Of a DNA stretch of 64,000 nucleotides, positions 60,475 through 64,000 are shown one piece after another. The stretch comes from Halarcobacter sp. GTDB lineage: Bacteria > Campylobacterota > Campylobacteria > Campylobacterales > Arcobacteraceae. The stretch covers positions 1,920,001 through 1,984,000 of the forward strand of contig OY781089.1 of the NCBI GenBank assembly GCA_963676565.1. The letters are read 5' to 3'. How positions within the stretch are numbered: position 1 is the first letter of the stretch; each line of letters starts with the position of its first letter. Both the position numbers and the translations under genes were made by a program. The notes under the pieces were generated by a model. That model was given only the letters and a program-made list of their open reading frames with translations, was not told the DNA's origin and made no database searches.

Positions 60475-63306
60475 ATGTCACAAAGTACATATGATGCACT
60501 CAAAGCAAAAATAGGTAGAAGATCATTTATTAAAATGGCTGCCGTTTCTGCTGCTGCTGGTGCAACAAGTGCTTTTGCTAATGATGGAGTTACTAGAGAA
60601 GCAACTAGTGAAGAGGTTAAAAATCCTTTTCCAGGTTCTAAAAAAGTAAAAACTATCTGTACTGCGTGTTCTGTTGGATGCGGTATTATAGCTGAAGTAC
60701 AAAACGGAGTTTGGGTTAGACAAGAAGTAGCTCAAGATCATCCAATTTCATTAGGTGGGCACTGTTGTAAAGGTGCTGATATGATTGATATGGTTAGATC
60801 AGAAGTTAGGTTAAAACACCCAATGGTAAAAGAAGCTGGAAAATGGAAAAGAATTTCTTGGGATGAAGCTTATACAAGAATTTCTGACAAAATGAATGCA
60901 TTGCATAAATCTGTTGGAGCTGATTCAGTTCAGTTCTTAGGTTCAGCAAAAATGAGTACGGAGCAAGCTTATTACTTCAGAAAATTTGCAGCAATGTATG
61001 GAACAAATAATATAGATCACCAAGCTAGAATTTGACATAGTGCAACAGTCGCCGGTGTGGCGAATACATGGGGTTATGGCGCTATGACTAACTCACTTGG
61101 AGATATCCAAAATGCTAAAGCTATTATTATATTTGGAGCAAACCCAGCGGTTAATCACCCTGTAGGTTTTGGACATTTCTTAAAAGCTAAAGAGAGAAAC
61201 AACGCTAAGATTATTGTTGTTGATCCAGTATTTACTAAAACAGCTGCAAAAGCTGATCATTATTGCAGAATTAGACCTGGTACAGATATTCCATTTATGT
61301 ATGGAATGTTAAACCTTATATTCCAAAATGGATGGCAAGATGATAACTTCATCAATGACAGAGTTTATGGAATGGAAGATATTATGGAAGAAGCTAAAAA
61401 GTGGACTCCAGAAAAAGTTGAGGACGTTACAGGCGTTCCTGCAGAACAATTAATGCAAATTACTAGATTGTATGCTAAATCTACTCCAGGTACATTAATT
61501 TGGGCTATGGGTCTTACTCAACACACAATTGGTTCTTCTAATACAAGAATGGCACCAATTTTACAACTTGCACTTGGAAACATGGGTGAAGAAGGTGGTG
61601 GAACAAACATCTTAAGAGGTCATGATAATGTTCAAGGTGCAACAGATATGTGTTGTTTATCTCATACATTACCAGGTTATTATGGACTTGCTGATGGTTC
61701 ATGGAAATACTTCGCAAAATCTTGGGGTGTTGACTATGAATGGTTAAAAGGAAGATTTAGAGCAAAAGAATGGATGAATAAACCAGGATTTACACTATCT
61801 AGATGGTGGGCTGGTGTTCTTGATGGAAAAGATGGTAACGATAAAGTAACTAATGGTGGAACAAACCTTAAAATGTTATTTGTTATGGGTAATGGTATTA
61901 CTTCAGTTGCACAACAAGCAAAAATCAAAGAGGGTCTAGACAATCTAGAAATGCTTGTACTTTGCGATCCTTTTGTAAATGAAGCTGCTATTTTAACAGA
62001 TAAACAAGATGACGTATTTATTTTACCAAGTGCAACACAATTTGAAACAAGTGGTTCAGTAACAGCAACAAACAGATCTGTTCAATGGAGAACAAAAGTT
62101 GTTGAGCCAATGTATGAATCTAAAACTGACCATGAAGTTATGTTTGAGTTAGCTAAAAGACTAGGATTCTATGAGCAGTTTACTGCTGGAATGAAAATCA
62201 AAGATAACAAAAAAGATTTCACTTGGCCAGAAGATGCAACTAATGAGATTGCAAGAATCATAAAAACTATTGGTTTAACAGGTTGGACAGCAGAAAGAAT
62301 CAAAAAACATACTGAAAATTGGCATATGTTTGATCAAATTTCAGGGCGTGGATATGGTGCTATGAAGGGCGAATATTATGGATTACCATGGCCATGTTGG
62401 ACGGAAAAACACGGTGGAAGCCCAATTTTATATAACATCAACAGAAGTGTAGTTGATGGAGGTATGGGATTTAGAAATAGGTTTGGATTAGAACACGATG
62501 GTGTATCTCAATTAGCTGGAATGGGAAGTGCTCCAAAAGCTTCATCTAATAAAGATGGATACCCAGAAATCACTAGAGATAACATTGAAGAGGTTCTAGG
62601 AATCACTTTAAGCGCTGATGAAAAAGCAAAAATTGGTAAAAACTGGAAAGTTGATACTTCTAATATTATTGCTGAAAAATGTATGGAAAGAGGAATTGCT
62701 CCTTATGGAAATGCAAGAGCAAGAGCTAAAGTATGGACATTCCCTGATCAAATTCCAATGCACAGAGAGCCATTACACTCTCCAAGAGCTGATTTAGTTA
62801 AAAAGTATCCAAGTTATGCTGATAAAGCAAATCACTATAGAGTTGATACTAAATATGCTTCAAAACAGTCAGAAAAAGATTGGTCTAAAGAGTTCCCAAT
62901 TAACTTGGTAACAGGAAGACTTGTAAATATGAATGGTGCAGGTATGGAAAATAGAGCAAGTAAATATCTTGCTGCATTAACTCCAGAAATGTTCTGTGAA
63001 ATTAATCCTAATTTAGCTGGTAAACTAGGAATTAGAGATGGTGCTATGATGTGGGTTCACTCACCAGAAGGTACTAAAATTAAAGTTAAAGCTAAGTATT
63101 CATTTAGTGTTAGTGAAGATAGAGTGTTTATGCCATTCCACTTTGCTGGTGCATTCCAAGGGGAAGATATGTCGCACAAATACCCAGCAGGTACAAAACC
63201 TTATGCTACTGGTGAGAGTGCAAATACAATTACAAATTACGGTTACGACATCATTACTCAGATTCCTGAGACAAAAGGTGGTTTATGTCGAATCGAGCTT
63301 GCCTAA
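60475..63306 (+). CDS. fdhA: Formate dehydrogenase alpha subunit 2, selenoprotein (UGA-Sec at 61033-61035)
   Basis: In-frame TGA in DHQARI-U-HSATVAG. Tat motif RRSFIK, CTACSVGC, RGHDNVQG. Confidence 0.95.
61049..61063 (+). promoter_or_regulatory. SECIS of fdhA2
   Basis: TCGCC-GGTGT-GGCGA hairpin 13 nt after the UGA. Confidence 0.75.
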
Positions 63307-63316
63307 GGAGTTGTAG

Positions 63317-63931
63317 ATGAGTAATAGTGAAAACGCTAGATTAAAATTTTACTGCGATGAACAAAGATGCATCGCATGTGATGGTTGTTCCGTAGCTTGT
63401 GCTGAAGCACATGAGTTACCAGCAGGTATCAATAGAAGAAAAGTAATTACAATGAATGAAGGTATTGAAAACCTTGAGTATTCATTATCAATTGCTTGTA
63501 TGCATTGTACAGATGCACCTTGTGAACAAGTATGTCCAGTAGATTGTTTCTACATTAGAGAAGATGGGATTGTTTTACACGATAAAGAAAAATGTATAGG
63601 TTGTGGTTATTGTTTATACGCTTGTCCTTTCGGCGCTCCTCAATTTCCACAAGATGGTGCATTTGGTACTAAAGGTGCTATGGATAAATGTACAATGTGT
63701 GCTGGTGGTCCGCTTGAAACAAATAGTGAACATGAAAGAGAACTTTATGGGCAAAATAGAATTTCTGAAGGTAAAGTTCCTGTTTGTTCAGCTATGTGTT
63801 CGACAAAAGCACTATTAGTTGGTGACTCTCAAGAGGTGTCTAAAATCTATAGACAAAGAGTGTTATCAGCTGGACATGGTGCTAAAGTTCAACCATATGG
63901 ATGGTCAACAGCATATAATTCAAATATATAA
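63317..63931 (+). CDS. fdhB: Formate dehydrogenase iron-sulfur subunit 2
   Basis: Four Cys clusters. Paralog of 57458-58039. Confidence 0.93.
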   Translation: MSNSENARLKFYCDEQRCIACDGCSVACAEAHELPAGINRRKVITMNEGIENLEYSLSIACMHCTDAPCEQVCPVDCFYIREDGIVLHDKEKCIGCGYCLYACPFGAPQFPQDGAFGTKGAMDKCTMCAGGPLETNSEHERELYGQNRISEGKVPVCSAMCSTKALLVGDSQEVSKIYRQRVLSAGHGAKVQPYGWSTAYNSNI

Positions 63932-63946
63932 TAAGGTAGATAGAGA

Positions 63947-64000
63947 ATGAAAACGAAATATATAGTTTTAACTCTATTGACACTATCAGTATTAGCCTTT
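63947..64000 (+). CDS. fdhC: Start of formate dehydrogenase gamma subunit 2 (runs off the window)
   Basis: atgaaaacgaaatatatagtttta... matches 58050 onward with one mismatch in 54 nt. Confidence 0.85.
   Translation, partial: MKTKYIVLTLLTLSVLAF

Noticed and set aside
54608..63306. fdhA copies (and selD) as nonsense pseudogenes
   Set aside because: Single in-frame TGA exactly at the catalytic Cys/Sec position, with downstream hairpins and selABCD present.

Overview
AT-rich chromosomal window whose gene content and order (aroB-mscS-mtaB-ftsH-like-bioV-mog, fdhABC) indicate Campylobacterota, most likely Arcobacteraceae. Layout: (1) 1-5027, 3' part of a giant repetitive Ca-binding/vWA adhesin with near-identical 315-bp repeats; (2) an atypical tRNA-Glu(TTC), then an accessory defence-like island (about 5.3-17.3 kb) with sbcDC, a Lamassu-like Cap4-nuclease/SMC pair, an orphan PemK/MazF toxin, a DUF2779 dual nuclease, a divergent small ORF / unannotated 46-aa Asn-Gly peptide / Thg1-like polymerase module and an ORF6N gene; (3) housekeeping genes at 17.4-29.8 kb; (4) a selenium locus (selB, selA, selC, Sec-containing selD) interrupted by a signalling insert, followed by a double-cubane reductase/activase pair and a Tat-transglutaminase-MerT-MerP operon, both preceded by a shared covarying structured leader; (5) chemotaxis, c-di-GMP and two-component genes; (6) two tandem selenocysteine formate dehydrogenase clusters. 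Best candidates for undescribed biology are the Thg1-like/peptide module in the defence island and the riboswitch-like (possibly SECIS-mimicking) leader RNA beside the sel genes. All assignments come from reading motifs by eye; no searches were run.
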